Shown: positions 18,685-30,298, counted from the stretch's first letter. The stretch is DNA of 64,000 nucleotides from an uncultured archaeon (GCA_963729635.1 CAVSOP010000006.1:156148-220147), one strand, 5' to 3'. Translations and numbers: made by a program. The notes: generated from the sequence alone by a model not told the origin.

Positions 18685-19587
18685 TCAGGGAGGGACGTAT
18701 CCGTTCGTCCACGCGCCCGTGTAAGTCATCGCGGTCGCAGCGCCGTTGTTGTTGCCGCCCGAGTAGTCGTTGGTGTCGCCGTTGAGCGGCCACCACCCGA
18801 CTGTGTGGGCAGGGTCGATTGGCGCCGCGCCGATCCCCTTGAGATAGAGCGCCCGTATCTGGTTCGAGTCGAGGGACGTGTTGTATACCTGGACGTTGGA
18901 GACTAGCCCGGATAGTGGATTATTGCCGTAATTCGATGTCACTGCGACGGTGCCGCTTATCTGGAGAGGCGTGGCAGGGGTAAGGGAATTCCCGTTTGCC
19001 GCGACCGGGGTGCCGACCACCTGGCCGTTGATGTAGGCATTCAGCGTGGAGCCGTCAAAAGTGCCCGTGAAAAACTGCCATGTGTTGGGTTTTATTCCCA
19101 CCCCGGGAAACTCCCCCGCATTGGATATCTTCCACGATTCCGTTGGCGGATTCAGGCCCGACTCAATGTAAAAGTGCGAGCCTGCGATGTTCACCGCGGT
19201 CTCCCAATAGCATCCGCTGCCGGGTGCTCCGCAGTTATAGCCCCAGTAGCCATTGTTGACGGGATAGAACCAGAAAGATACGGTTATCTGGTTGCTGAGT
19301 CCCTGCGAATTCGCTGCTGCGATATAGCCCGCTGGGCTTTGTGAGAAACTCGCGACGGACTGAGGGAGCACTCCGGTGCACGTGCCCTCGAGACTGTACG
19401 TTCCGGCTACCCTCAGGATCTTGCAGTTCCCGGTCGGCGCCTTGGGCGCGAAGTTCGCGGAGTTGAAGACACCGAGCTGGAACAGCGCCCCTAGGACCAC
19501 CGCGATGATGAGTATCGACCAGCCATAAGTCATTAGGTACTCCATCGCGGACTGGGATTTGGCCCTGGGCGGACGTCTCCTCTGCAT
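18685..19587 (-). CDS. Pilin-like protein: class III (type IV pilin-type) signal peptide plus LamG/concanavalin-like domain (paralogue 1)
   Basis: MQRRRPPRAKSQS/AMEYLMTYGWSILIIAVVLGALF is a basic leader followed by the QSAMEYL prepilin-peptidase-type motif and a hydrophobic helix. The C-terminal block SNVQVYNTSLDSNQIRALYLKGIG is typical of LamG_3-type domains. Confidence 0.8.
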   Translation of the reverse strand: MQRRRPPRAKSQSAMEYLMTYGWSILIIAVVLGALFQLGVFNSANFAPKAPTGNCKILRVAGTYSLEGTCTGVLPQSVASFSQSPAGYIAAANSQGLSNQITVSFWFYPVNNGYWGYNCGAPGSGCYWETAVNIAGSHFYIESGLNPPTESWKISNAGEFPGVGIKPNTWQFFTGTFDGSTLNAYINGQVVGTPVAANGNSLTPATPLQISGTVAVTSNYGNNPLSGLVSNVQVYNTSLDSNQIRALYLKGIGAAPIDPAHTVGWWPLNGDTNDYSGGNNNGAATAMTYTGAWTNGYVPP

Positions 19588-19637
19588 TCTCTCGGAGATA
19601 ATGGAAAGAAAAGCTTAATATAATGACGCGCCGGAGC
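19362..19637. repeat. Left arm of an inverted repeat: 5'UTR plus signal-peptide module of pilin-LamG paralogue 1
   Basis: About 80-85% nucleotide identity by eye to the reverse complement of 33600..33878. Protein identity is about 85% over about 70 aa, and the upstream leader (cttttctttcc...) is also similar. Confidence 0.6.
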
Positions 19638-19740
19638 GGCCAGATGACCATGCCCCAGGGCCGAAACTGCGCGCGATTCGACCCGCGGGCCTAGACTAAA
19701 CATGACAACAAATATTAACGTTAGAGTCGATTAGTAACCG

Positions 19741-20095
19741 ATGGCGGACGCGTACCTGGCGGTGCTGATATTCGCTGCGGTAGCGCTGCTCGTACCTGCG
19801 CTGATGCTCGCGTTCTCGAAGCTCGTCAGGAGGGAAAGCGACGGCAACGACGTCGAGACGCAGAACTACGAGAGCGCTGTGGAGGGCGTGGGCAAGGGGG
19901 TCACGATGATGACCGAGTACGCACACTACTTCGTCATCTTCCTGGCGTTCGAGATACTCGGGGCGGTCGTGATCACTGTGGAGCACCTTCGCCAGGCAGC
20001 TCGGCTCGGCGGGCAACCTGCGCGTCGGGCTGCTCCTGGCGCTCGGGTTCGTGATGGCGATGTTCGTGCTAGCGCTGAGCAGGCAGGGGGATTGA
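19741..20095 (+). CDS. nuoA: NADH-quinone oxidoreductase-like complex subunit A, one apparent frameshift
   Basis: MADAYLAVLIFAAVALLVPALMLAFSKL...YESAVEG...YAHYFVIFLAFEILGAVVI continues in another frame as WSTFARQLGSAGNLRVGLLLALGFVMAMFVLALSRQGD. The stop abuts the nuoB ATG. The shift is at about 19975. Confidence 0.8.
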
Positions 20096-20662
20096 ATGGG
20101 GCCTAAGGTCGAAGACGGGGAGTTCCTTAACGCGGAGCAGGAGATGAACAGGCTGCTTGCGGGCACGCTCTCCAAGCACCAGGCAAAACCTGGCGCGGTC
20201 TTCGCGGCGATGTCGGACATCACCAAGGCGCTGGCCAAGGGGACGGTCAGGTGGTCCAGGAAGAGCTCGCTCTGGCCGCTGCAGTTCGGGCTTTCGTGCT
20301 GCTCCATGGAGCTCTTCGACTTCGGATCGCCGCGGATTGACGCGGAACGCGGCGGCTACCTGCTCTTCAGGGGCACGCCCAGGCAGAGCGACGTCATGAT
20401 CGTCGCCGGTTGGACCACGAAGTCGATGGCCCCGGAGGTCAAGAGGCTTTACGAGCAGATGCTGAAGCCCAAGTACGTGATAGCCTACGGCGAGTGCGCG
20501 ACCTGCGGCGGGCCGTGGTGGGAGAGCTACAACATAATCAAGGGAATAGACCAGATACTGCCGGTCGACGTCTACGTGGCGGGATGCCCCCCGAAGCCGG
20601 AGAACCTCTTCGCCGCGTTCATGAAGCTGCAGAAGAAGATAGGTGGTGCGATTGAAGATTGA
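20096..20662 (+). CDS. nuoB: Complex I subunit B (PSST/20 kDa, [4Fe-4S] N2)
   Basis: Intact 188-aa ORF: LWPLQFGLSCCSMEL, RQSDVMIVAG, YGECATCGGPW, YVAGCPPKPE. Confidence 0.95.
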   Translation: MGPKVEDGEFLNAEQEMNRLLAGTLSKHQAKPGAVFAAMSDITKALAKGTVRWSRKSSLWPLQFGLSCCSMELFDFGSPRIDAERGGYLLFRGTPRQSDVMIVAGWTTKSMAPEVKRLYEQMLKPKYVIAYGECATCGGPWWESYNIIKGIDQILPVDVYVAGCPPKPENLFAAFMKLQKKIGGAIED

Positions 20663-21027
20663 CAGGAACGACCTCGTGGGGAAGGCCGAGGAGCTGAAGA
20701 AGGGCGGGTTCTCGTACCTTGTCAAGATCACCGCGGTCGACTACGTCAAGTCACCTGGAGGTGGTGTACTTCGTCAGGAACATCAACGAAGGGAAGGACG
20801 AGACGATTGAGGTCGAGGTCGGCCCCGCGGACGCGTGGGTCCCCACCGTGATGGGCGTCTACGGGGCGGCGGACTGGTACGAGAGGGAGATGAGCGAGAT
20901 GTTCGGGATAGAGGTTAAGGGAAGGCCGGTCGGGAGGCTGCTTCTGGAGAAATGGAACGGGAAGGCCGCGCCGCTCAGGAAGAACTTCGAATGGGGGGAG
21001 CCCTACGAGGGCGGGAGAGCGAGATGA
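20646..21027 (+). CDS. nuoC: Complex I subunit C (30 kDa), one apparent frameshift
   Basis: V/L-start ...KIDRNDLVGKAEELKKGGFSYLVKITAVDYVK joins HLEVVYFVRNINEGKDE...AADWYEREMSEMFGIEVKG. The shift is at about 20748. Confidence 0.8.
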
Positions 21028-22116
21028 TAACCAGAATCAACATAGGTCCCGTGCACCCGAGCACCCACGGGGTGCTGAGGCTGGTGGCTGACATCGACGG
21101 CGACACCGTCGTGGGCGTCGAGCCGCACATCGGCTTCCTGCACAGGGGCGTCGAGAAGCTCGTGGAGACGAGGAAGTATATGCAGTGCCCGCCGTACATG
21201 GAGAAGCTCGACTACGTGTCTCCGATGGCGTACGACGAGATCTACGTCGCCGCGGTCGAGGAGGCGATGGGCATTGCAGGTGGGCGAGCGGGCCGCCTAC
21301 GCCAGGACCATACTGCTCGAGCTCCAGAGGCTGGCGAGCCACCTCCTCTGGCTGGGCACCATGGCCAACGACCTGGGCCAGCTCTTCGGCGTCTTCATGT
21401 GGACCTTCAGGGACAGGGACATGGTGCTCCGCCTGCTCGAGGAGGCGGCAGGGGCCAGGATGTTCTACGTCAACATGAGACTCGGGGGGCTCTCCAGGGA
21501 CTTCCAGCCGGATTTCCCGGAGAGGGCGGGAGCCGTGCTCGACCACCTGGAAAAGAGGATCGCGGAGTACGATTCCTTCGTGAGAAAGAACCCCGTGTTC
21601 GTAGAGAGGCTCAGGGGGGTGGGCAGGCTCACCAAGGAGATGGCGATCGAGCTGGGCGTCACCGGGCCGGTCCTCAGGGGATCTGGGATCGAATACGACG
21701 TCAGGAAGGACAAGCCGTATTACGTTTACAGCAGTCTCAACTTCAGGGCTCAGTCACGGGGCGAGGGCGACTGCCTAGCCAGGTACAGGGTCAGGATCAT
21801 GGAGATGGGAGAGAGCATAAGGCTGGTTAGGGAGGCGTTCAGGCAGATTCCCGATGGCAGCGCCGTGGGCGCGCCGATAAGACTGATACTGCCCGCGGCC
21901 GCGAGGAAGTCGGTGCAGATAAGCAGGGAGATGCCCAGGGGCGAGTGCATGATGTACCTCGTCCCTGACGCGCAGAGCCCCTACAGGCTCTCGATACGCG
22001 CCCCCTGCTTCATAAACCTGGCCGCCCTGAGGGAGCTTTCGAAGGGCTGCAGGGTGGCCGACCTGTTCGCGATACTGGGCAGCCTGGATCTGGTGATGGG
22101 AGATGTCGATAGGTGA
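21024..22116 (+). CDS. nuoD: Complex I subunit D (49 kDa), one apparent frameshift
   Basis: MITRINIGPVHPSTHGVLRLVADIDGDTVVGVEPHIGFLHRGVEKL... joins ...RAAYARTILLELQRLASHLLWLG...LGSLDLVMGDVDR. The shift is at about 21278. ATGA overlap with nuoC. Confidence 0.9.
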
Positions 22117-23119
22117 TTTTGTCTCTTCCGTAGTGGCCGTCCTTTCGGGAGCGCTGGCTTCGCCGGACCTGACGGTCAGGGCCGCTGCCGTAGCCGCCTA
22201 CGCAGTGCTGGTCGTGCTCCTGATCGTTGCGTTCGACTACGTCTTCGGATGGGCGGAGAGGAAGGTGATCGCCAGGATACAATCCAGGCACGGCCCGACA
22301 AAGGTGGGGAAATACGGCCTGCTGCAGAACTTCGCCGACATGACCAAGCTGCTATCCAAGGAGCACTCCACGCCAAGGAGCGCGGGGAGGTTCATGTTCC
22401 TGCTGGCCATCCCGGCCATGCTCGCTGTCACGATCTTCCTGGTGATGCTCGTCCCCCTCTCGCCTGCGCTGGTGGCTTCGGACCTCGGCCTCGGCGCGCT
22501 CGCGCTCTTCGTCGTGATGTCGTTCATGCCCTTGCTGATCTTCGTCAGCGGGGTGTCGAGCGGCAACAAGTTCTCCGCTATCGGGGCGCAGAGGTCAGTG
22601 ATCATGCTCCTAAGCTACGAGATACCGCTGATGATCGTCATAGCGACGGTGGCGCTGCTGGCCGGCAGCTACGACTTCGTCGGCATAATCGGCGCCCAGA
22701 CGCAGACCTGGTTCGTCTTCCTGATGCCGGTGGGTTTCGGTGTGTTCTTCGTGGCGATGCTCGCGGAGATGGACAGGCCCCCCTTCGACATGCGCGAGGC
22801 CGACTCGGAGCTGATCGCAGGCTGGCTCACCGACGTAAGCGCGCCTTACTATTCCCTGGCCCTCTTCATCGACTACACCCGGATGTTCCTGGGCAGCCTA
22901 GTGATGGCGGTACTCTTCTTCGGGGGCTGGGCGGGGCCGGTTCTGCCGGGGTTTGTGTGGCTGCTGATCAAGGCGTTCGTCATATGCCTGTTCATAATAA
23001 TCGTGCGCGCCACCACCGCGAGGATGAGAATCGACCGTCTCCTGAGATTGGGTTGGACGGTCCTGCTGCCGCTCGCGATACTCAATTTAATTATTACGTC
23101 AGTGATATTCCTTGGATGA
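22103..23119 (+). CDS. nuoH: Complex I subunit H (ND1)
   Basis: Intact 338-aa polytopic ORF: ERKVIARIQSRHGPTKVGKYGLLQNFADMTKLL, EMDRPPFDMREADSELIAGW. Confidence 0.9.
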   Translation: MSIGDFVSSVVAVLSGALASPDLTVRAAAVAAYAVLVVLLIVAFDYVFGWAERKVIARIQSRHGPTKVGKYGLLQNFADMTKLLSKEHSTPRSAGRFMFLLAIPAMLAVTIFLVMLVPLSPALVASDLGLGALALFVVMSFMPLLIFVSGVSSGNKFSAIGAQRSVIMLLSYEIPLMIVIATVALLAGSYDFVGIIGAQTQTWFVFLMPVGFGVFFVAMLAEMDRPPFDMREADSELIAGWLTDVSAPYYSLALFIDYTRMFLGSLVMAVLFFGGWAGPVLPGFVWLLIKAFVICLFIIIVRATTARMRIDRLLRLGWTVLLPLAILNLIITSVIFLG

Positions 23120-23489
23120 TCGCATGCTCGTCGAACCCCTGGCCAGAAGCATAAGAAGCCTCTTCGGGAAGAGGGCGACCGTGGAGTTCCCCGAACAGAG
23201 GGAGTCGCTCGACGATGCAGAGAGGTACATGATGCGGCTCGACATGGAGACGTGCATAAGCTGCGCCTCGTGCGAGAGGATATGCCCGAACAAGACGATA
23301 ACGATGGTCGGCACCCCTTCCAGGAAAGGAATCGTGAAGATGCCGCAGATCGGCATAGACCGCTGCATGTTCTGCGGGCTCTGCGAGGAGGTCTGCCCAA
23401 CCAAGTGCCTCACGCTCACCAAGGGATACGACTTCGAGGTCTACGACAAGAGGTCCCTGATAAAGAGGCCGGAGGAGCTGAAGGGTTAG
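23112..23489 (+). CDS. nuoI: Complex I subunit I (2x[4Fe-4S] ferredoxin-type)
   Basis: CISCASCERICP and CMFCGLCEEVCP motifs. 125 aa. Confidence 0.9.
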   Translation: MDDRMLVEPLARSIRSLFGKRATVEFPEQRESLDDAERYMMRLDMETCISCASCERICPNKTITMVGTPSRKGIVKMPQIGIDRCMFCGLCEEVCPTKCLTLTKGYDFEVYDKRSLIKRPEELKG

Positions 23490-23492
23490 CGG

Positions 23493-23966
23493 ATGGTGGA
23501 TTACGTACTGCTAGCATTGGCCGCCGTTACCGTAGCCGCCGCAATCATGGTGTTCATTGAGAGGAGGCTTCTGAACGCGGTCGTCTGCCTCGCGGCCTGC
23601 GCCGCGGGAAGCTCCCTGCTGTTCATGTACCTCGGCCAGACGCTCGTGGGGCTGCTGCAGCTCTTCGTCTTCGTGGGCGGGCTGTCCACCTACTTGGTGG
23701 TGGCCGTGGCCTCAGAGGAGAGGAACGGCGCCACGCTAGGCAGAGCAAGATTCGTCGTTGCCGCTGTGGTGATTGCTGCGGTGCTCGCGGTCTTACTGAA
23801 TGGCATAAATCCTGGCCAGCCTCAGACAGGCAACAGCTTCGTCTCCAGCGCGGAGAGCGCTTTCGGCAGCCAGTACGCGATGCTCTACGCCATGGCATTC
23901 CTGCTGTTCTCCACGGCGGCGGGGAGCGTACTCGCCATGAAGAGGTTCTCGAAGATGGTGGTGTGA
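23493..23966 (+). CDS. nuoJ: Complex I subunit J
   Basis: 157-aa hydrophobic ORF in the canonical position: LLQLFVFVGGLSTYLVVAVASEE. Confidence 0.8.
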   Translation: MVDYVLLALAAVTVAAAIMVFIERRLLNAVVCLAACAAGSSLLFMYLGQTLVGLLQLFVFVGGLSTYLVVAVASEERNGATLGRARFVVAAVVIAAVLAVLLNGINPGQPQTGNSFVSSAESAFGSQYAMLYAMAFLLFSTAAGSVLAMKRFSKMVV

Positions 23967-24268
23967 TGCTGGAATACCTTGCCGCAATCTCAATCGCGCT
24001 TATCGCAATCGCCCTAGCTGGCATAATCTCCGACAGGCATTTCATCGTTGTGATGCTCGCGATAGAGCTGATGTTCATCGCGAGCGCAATACTTCTGGTC
24101 TCCTTCTTCTCCTTCGCGAACTCGCCCGGGCCTGACGCCGTGATGATGCTTGTCGGAATATGGGCGGCAGCGGCCGCGGGGGTCATAGGCACGGTCACTC
24201 TTTACGTCTGCATGAAATCGCAGGGATTCGACTTCGACATGGCGAAGCTCTCGAGGCTGAAGTGGTAG
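23963..24268 (+). CDS. nuoK: Complex I subunit K
   Basis: 101-aa three-helix ORF: IVVMLAIELMFIASAILLVSF. Overlaps the nuoJ stop. Confidence 0.8.
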   Translation: MMLEYLAAISIALIAIALAGIISDRHFIVVMLAIELMFIASAILLVSFFSFANSPGPDAVMMLVGIWAAAAAGVIGTVTLYVCMKSQGFDFDMAKLSRLKW

Positions 24269-24269
24269 C

Positions 24270-26048
24270 ATGCTCCCCTTGATACTCCTAGCGCCAATGG
24301 CCGCGGCCCTCCTAGCTGTCGCTGTCAGCAGGAACTACAGGACCGCGAAGTACATCGCTCTGGCGGGGAGCCTCGCCAGCCTCGCACTGTTCCCCTTCTT
24401 GAGCGGAGGCACCGCTAGCATCGGATGGCTCGGCATAGGAGGCGCGGTCCTGGACATAGGGCTTTCCGCCGCGCCGCTCAACATGCTCCTGATGGCGATC
24501 GTGCTGCTCATAGGTCCGGTCGTGCTCCTCTACTCTTTCGGTTTCATGAGCGTGCCGAGCGAGCAGCGCAGGTTCTACCTCGAGATGCTCGCGTTCGAGG
24601 CCGCGATGCTTGCGTTCGCAATGTCTGGAAGCTTCGTGACGCTGTTCATCGCCTGGGAATTCCTGAGCGTCACCAGCTACCTGCTGATAGGATTCTGGAA
24701 CGGCAATGGCGGAGCGAACCGCGGGGCGCGGAAGGCCGTCACGCTGGTGCTGATCGGGGACCTCGCGCTCCTCGGGGCCATGGTAATCCTCTTCAACGCT
24801 TTCGGGACGCTGGACTTCGGGAGCGTGCTCGCCGCGGCGCAGGTCTCCCAGGTGCCGGTCTCCGCGGCGGTGCTGCTTCTGGTCGCGGTGCTTTCGAAAT
24901 CCGCCCAGTTCCCGTTCCAGGAGTGGCTGCCCGACGCCATGGAGGGGCCGACGCCCGTCTCCGCCTACCTGCACTCCAGCACGATGGTCAAGGCGGGGGT
25001 CTTCGTCTGCCATCCTGCTGTTCCCCCTGTTCTCTGGCTTCGGGACTGCTGCCCGTGCTCTTCTACGCCGGGCTCGTGACCGTGGTGCTCAGCACTCTGA
25101 ACGCGATGGGGGAGAAGAACGTGAAGAGGGTACTGGCGTACTCCACAGCGCAGGAGCTGGGTCTCATGCTGATGGCTGTCGGCGGAGGGGCGCTTCTCGC
25201 GGCCGTTTATTTCTTCTTCGCGCAGAGCTTCTACAAGGCGCTCCTCTTCCTCGGCGCCGGAGTGAGCGCGAAGGCGAACGGGAGGGAGGACCTGAACGAC
25301 ATGGGGGGCCTGTCCCAGAACAGGGTCGCATACTTCACCGTGCTCTTCGGCGTGCTGGCTCTCGCGGGATTCGTTCCCTTCGGCGGCTTCTTCGCGAACC
25401 TGGGCCTCGCGGCGTCGTTCGGGGCCAACCTTGCGGTGTACGCGTTCATCTCCCTCGTCAGCCTCGCGAACGAGCTTCTTCATCTTCAGGTGGTTCATTC
25501 TCCAGACTAAGAAGACCGGAAGGGCCGGCGTCGCGGCCGGCTACAGCGCCACCCCGAGGAGCATGGCCTGCGGCCTTGCCGTTCTTGCCGGAGCCGCGCT
25601 CGTTTCCGGTGCGGCCTTCTTCCTGATTCCCGGATTCGTCGCGGGCACGCTCGGCTTCGCCGGGGACATGGTATCTCTCCAGGTCAACTCGTACGGCGCC
25701 GTCATAGAGACGGTCGTGGTCGCTGCGGGGGCTGCGCTGGGCTACTTCGCGTACACGCAGAAGAAGGCCGGCATGAAGGTTCCTTCCAGGGACCTGGCAG
25801 GGCGTCGGCTATAACTCGCAACGTCGATGAACGCCGTCTACGCGTACATCGCGGCGTTCGTCCTCGCGCTGGGTGAAGGCATAGGCTACTTCGATTCAGC
25901 GGTGAACGGCGCGTTCGACAGGCTCGGGCACGCGGCGATGCGCACGGGCAACTCCGTGAAACGCGCCGCCTCGGGTGAGATAAGCACGTACGTAGTGATA
26001 TTTGCGGTCGGGATGGTCTTGTTGATATTTGCACTGGCGATTGTTTGA
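24270..26048 (+). CDS. nuoL: Complex I subunit L (antiporter-like), about 3 apparent frameshifts
   Basis: The hallmark is FPFQEWLPDAMEGPTPVSAYLHSSTMVKAGVF. The reading continues in other frames (..VLAYSTAQELGLMLMAVG.., then ..FIFRWFILQTKK.., then MNAVYAYIAAFVLALGEGIGYFD..). Shifts are near 25010, 25480 and 25810. Confidence 0.85.
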
Positions 26049-27433
26049 TCTTATACACGTACGCTTTCGTATCCCTTCTCGCGCTGCTGCTAGCCGGCAA
26101 TGCTCTATTCAGGCTGGCGCGGAAGGGCAGGTTCCAGATATGGTACAACGTGGTCGTGCTGTCGCTCATCTGCGCGGCGATCTGCGCCATGAGCGGGACC
26201 ACCGCCACCTACCTCGGCTGTCGTCAAACGCGAATCCGTTCTCACTCTTCATCATGCTGATCGTGACCCTCGGCGCTACTCCTCGTGAACGTCCTGGCGT
26301 ACCGCTATTCCCAGGACTACCGCGATTTCGCGCTGCTCAGCTCGTTCGCGCTGGTCGGCGCCTACGTTGTCGCGTCCGCGGGGTCGCTGGTGGCGATATT
26401 CATCGGTCTGGAGAGCGTCAGCCTGCCCACCGTGTTCATCATGCTAACGTCAAGGAGGCAGAGCCTTGAGGCGACGACCAAGTTCTTCATCATGACCTCG
26501 GTGGCCATCGCGCTGCTCGTCCTTCGCGGTCGTCATCGTGTACGGCGCGGCTGGTTCGCTTGCGCTCGCGCCGCAGCAGCAGGGCGAGCTTACTCTGTTC
26601 GCCGCCGCGCTTTTCCTGGCCTCCCTGGGGATTGAGGCGTCGGTATTCCCGTTCAACGTATTCACGCCTGACGTATACCAGGGCTCGGCCGCGCACGTGA
26701 CCGCGATGCTCGGAGGCATAAACGAGACGGTGGCGTTCGCCGCGCTGATGCAGGTCGCCATACTTCTCTTCGTATCATTCAATTCCGCGTTCCGGCGATA
26801 GCCGCGCTCGCGGCGCTCACCATGCTCTTCGGCAGCCTCGTCGCGCTGGTGCAGAAGAACTTCAAGAGGATGATGGCATACTCCTCGATATCGCAGGCGG
26901 GATTCGTACTCCTGGGGATCGCCGACGCAGAGCGCTTCAGGGATCACCGGGAGCCTTTTCCAGATGTTCGCGCACGCGTTCCTGTTCATAGGCGTGCTCG
27001 GGATAATAGCATGGCTCGAGAAGAACGGGAGGAGCGGCACTGACGACCTGATCGGGCTCTACAAGGAGAACAGGTTCGCGGCGATCGCGCTGACAGTGTT
27101 CCTGCTGTCGATGATAGGGCTGCCTTTCACGACGGGCTTCGTGGGGAAGTTCCTGGTGCTCCTGAGCGCGATAGGCTCTGGCCTGCTGTGGCTCGCGGTA
27201 TTGGCGTAATAAGCAGCGTCGTCTCGGTGTTCTTCTTCGCCAGGATCCTGACCGCCGTCTACACCGACAAGCTGGGAGCGAAGCGGGTCAGGCTCGATAT
27301 CGCTACGGCTGCCGTCGTTGTGACGTGCCTGGCGCTTGCGATTGTCTTCGGCGTCTACCCACAGCCCATAATCAGCATGGCAGAAAACGGGGCGGGTTAC
27401 CTGTTCGGGATATTGGGCACTGAGGAAAAATGA
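26045..27433 (+). CDS. nuoN: Complex I subunit N (antiporter-like), at least 6 apparent frameshifts
   Basis: The hallmark is [35 protein letters not shown], with [18 protein letters not shown] and [16 protein letters not shown]. The reading frame hops among all three + frames across the gene. Confidence 0.8.
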
Positions 27434-27447
27434 TAACTCAGGAGCGC

Positions 27448-30199
27448 TCAGCGCTTGCCGTACTTGCTGAAGAACGCCAGGTACCTGCCCATTATCATGT
27501 TCGGCGCCGAAGGCTTCGTCTTCTGGAGCATCTTCGTCATGTCGGCCATCTCAAGCTTCACCTCGCTGCCCTTCGACAGGCTCGACTCCAGCGCGTTTAT
27601 CTTCGCCTGCCTGCAGAGGTTCGCTATGTCGGCGCCTGTGAAGCCCTCCGTGACCTCGGCGAGCTTGCCCATGTCCATGTCGTCGCTGAGAGGCACCTTC
27701 TCCAGGTTCGCCTTGAAGAGGGCCTCCCTCTCTGCCTTCTCCGGCGGAGGGCACGAAGATCAGCCTGTCGAACCTGCCGGGCCTCAGGATCGCCGGGTCG
27801 AGCACGTCCGGCCTGTTCGTCGCGGCGACGACGACTATCCCAGGCACGTCCTTTATCTTGTCGAACTCCTGCAGGAACTCCCCGGTGAGCTGGCTTCCCG
27901 CCTCGGTGGACGTGTCCCTGGAGGGCACCAGGGCGTCGATCTCGTCGATGAACACGATGGCCGGGGAGTGCTCCTTCGCCCTGTTGAATATCTCCTTTAT
28001 CGAGACAACCGCCTTCTCGGACCCGTGCTTGCTCAGGTCGTAGCCCGAGATGGTCAGCACCCTGACCCCCGACAGCTCGTTCGCCACTGCGCTCATCAGG
28101 AGCGTCTTCCCGGTTCCGGGAGGCCCGAAGAGCAGGATGCCCCTTATGCCGCCGATGTCGTACTTCTTGACCAGGTCGGGATGCAGTATCGGTATCTCGA
28201 CCGCCTCGTGCAGCGCCTTCTTCGCCTCCTCGAGGCCGACGACGTCGCTCTATCATCACCTTGTCCTCCTCCTCGGACTGCACTTCGGGGTGGGACCTCC
28301 TCTCGTAGTCGAGCTTGAACGTGTTGTACTCCTCAAGCTGCGAGAGCGAGGTGGAGGGCTTCACCGACTTGAGCACCGCGAGTATGTCCTGCATCCTTAT
28401 TATCAGCATCTCGTGCTTCTCGATCGCCTTCTCCCCGACCTGCCTGCCTACCTCGTCGCTGATGTTCTTTATGTCCGCGCCGGAGAACCTCGCGGAGAGG
28501 CTGGCGAGCTTGTCGTAGTCTATGTTCTTGTCCACCGGCAGGCTGGAGAGGTAGTACTTGAATATCTCGGCCCTGCCCTTCTGGTCAGGCAGGGGCATGA
28601 AGAGTATCTTGTCGAACCTGCCGGGCCTCATTATGCTCGGGTCCAGCAGCTGCGGGACGTTCGTCGCGCCCGACTATCACCACGTTGGAGATCTTCTCGA
28701 ACCCGTCCATCTCGCTCAGGATCGCGGTCAGGAGCTCCTTCTTGGACTCGTTCTCCTGCACGTCCCTGCGGCCCGCTATGCTGTCGAGCTCGTCGAAGAA
28801 GAGCACGCACGGGCGAGTTCTTCTTCGCGGTGGCGAATATCCTGATGAGCGCCTGCGCGCTGGATCCGGGAATCCCGGAGAGCAGCGACGATCCGTTCAC
28901 GTAGAAGAAGCTGGCCCTTATCTCGTTGGCGAGCGCCCTCATGATGAGCGTCTTCCCGGTTCCCGGGAGGGCCGAAGAGCAGGATGCCCTTCGCGGGCTT
29001 GACTCCGTAGGCGCCGGCCATCTCCCTGTGCTCTATCGGGCGCGAGGACCGCGTTGCGGAGCTCCTTCTTGGTCTCCTCGTAGTCGGCGACGTCGTCCAG
29101 GGTCTCGTTGGACCCCTTGGTGAGGTCCTCGAACGCCACGCCGAACTTGCCGAGTATGTCCTGCTTCATCACGTCGAGGGCCATCACCACGTCGATGTTC
29201 TCCGACTCGAGCATGAAGAGGAATATGGGGGTTATCGCGAAGCTCAGGATCACTGCGTAGTTGAAGCCGAGTCCCCTCGAGCCTGGAGAACGCGATGTAG
29301 GAGAGGAGCAGCATGACCCCGAAGAGGCTGGAGAGCGAGCCCTTGTAGGGGGACCTGCTCCTCACCGCGTAGCTGCTTATCGTGAAGACGGCGAAGAGCC
29401 ACACGCACAGCTGCAGGAAGGAGAACAGGAACTGGTTTGCGATGCTCAGGAGCGCGAAATAGAAAGTGTTGTACAGGTAGGCCGGCGCCTTCAGGAACAG
29501 GGTCCCGAGGGAGGCTGTGCAGGGAGGGGAGCAGCTGATCCAGGGTGGTCGCGTTCTTGGACGGCTGTGAGGTAAGCGGCGAAGGGCTGGGCCTCGAGCT
29601 GCGAGTGCACCTGGGTCTGGTTGTACACTATCGGGCCCGGCGAGGGCGATGCCAGTGAGGCCGGAGGTCATCACCGACATGGCTATCACCACTGCCGCCA
29701 GGGCGGCGCCGCGCTTGAATCCCAGGACCAGCACCGCTATGATGAAGCCGGGTATGACGAACAGGTAGCCCAGGTAGGAGAGCGAGAGGAAGACCAGCGC
29801 GTAAGCGTAGGTTATGGTCCGGTAGTACTTGTAGCCCAGGATCAGCGAGATGCTGACCATTATCGTGAAGATCCACACCAGCAGGGGCACCTGGTACAGG
29901 AGCATCGGGAGGCGCGGAGAGCAGCAGGGAGATCAGGCCCAGGAGCGGATGTATTATCGTGAGGATGAAGACGCAGATTATGAGGGGTATCAGCACGTAG
30001 AGCGGGAAGGAAGGGGAAGGCGATCGCTATGCTGGCCAGGGCGAAGGAGGTTATGAGCGCGTCCTGGAAGTTCTTGTTGCCTGCGAGCTGGGCGGCGAAG
30101 TCCTTGAGCGAGTAGAGTGAAGAGCGGTATGGGCTTCCTTTTCAGCCTTTCACCCGTAGTTTCGGTATCCAAGCCCAAGTCACCCGCAAATAACGCCAC
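27448..30199 (-). CDS. Tandem AAA+ ATPase (Cdc48-like D1+D2) with a polytopic membrane N-terminal region, 10 or more apparent frameshifts
   Basis: D2 reads ILLFGPPGTGKTLLMSAVANE...IVFIDEIDAL...ATNRPDVLDPAILRPGRFDRLIFVP. D1 reads ILLFGPPG/TGKTLIMRALANE...LFFDELDSIAG...MRPGRFDKILFMPLPD. Upstream lie about 8 predicted TM helices (e.g. LIPLIICVFILTIIHPLLGLISLLL, VPLLVWIFTIMVSISLILG, YALVFLSLSYLGYLFVIPGFIIAVLVLGF). The putative GTG start is at 30199, with TTTAAA about 35 nt upstream. Confidence 0.75.
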
Positions 30200-30298
30200 C
30201 GGTCACCGATGTCCGCGCGCGAGCCGGACATAGTTTTAAATCCTGTATAGCTTATTAACCGTTATATTAATATTATTCAGTCCCTAATAGTCATATCT

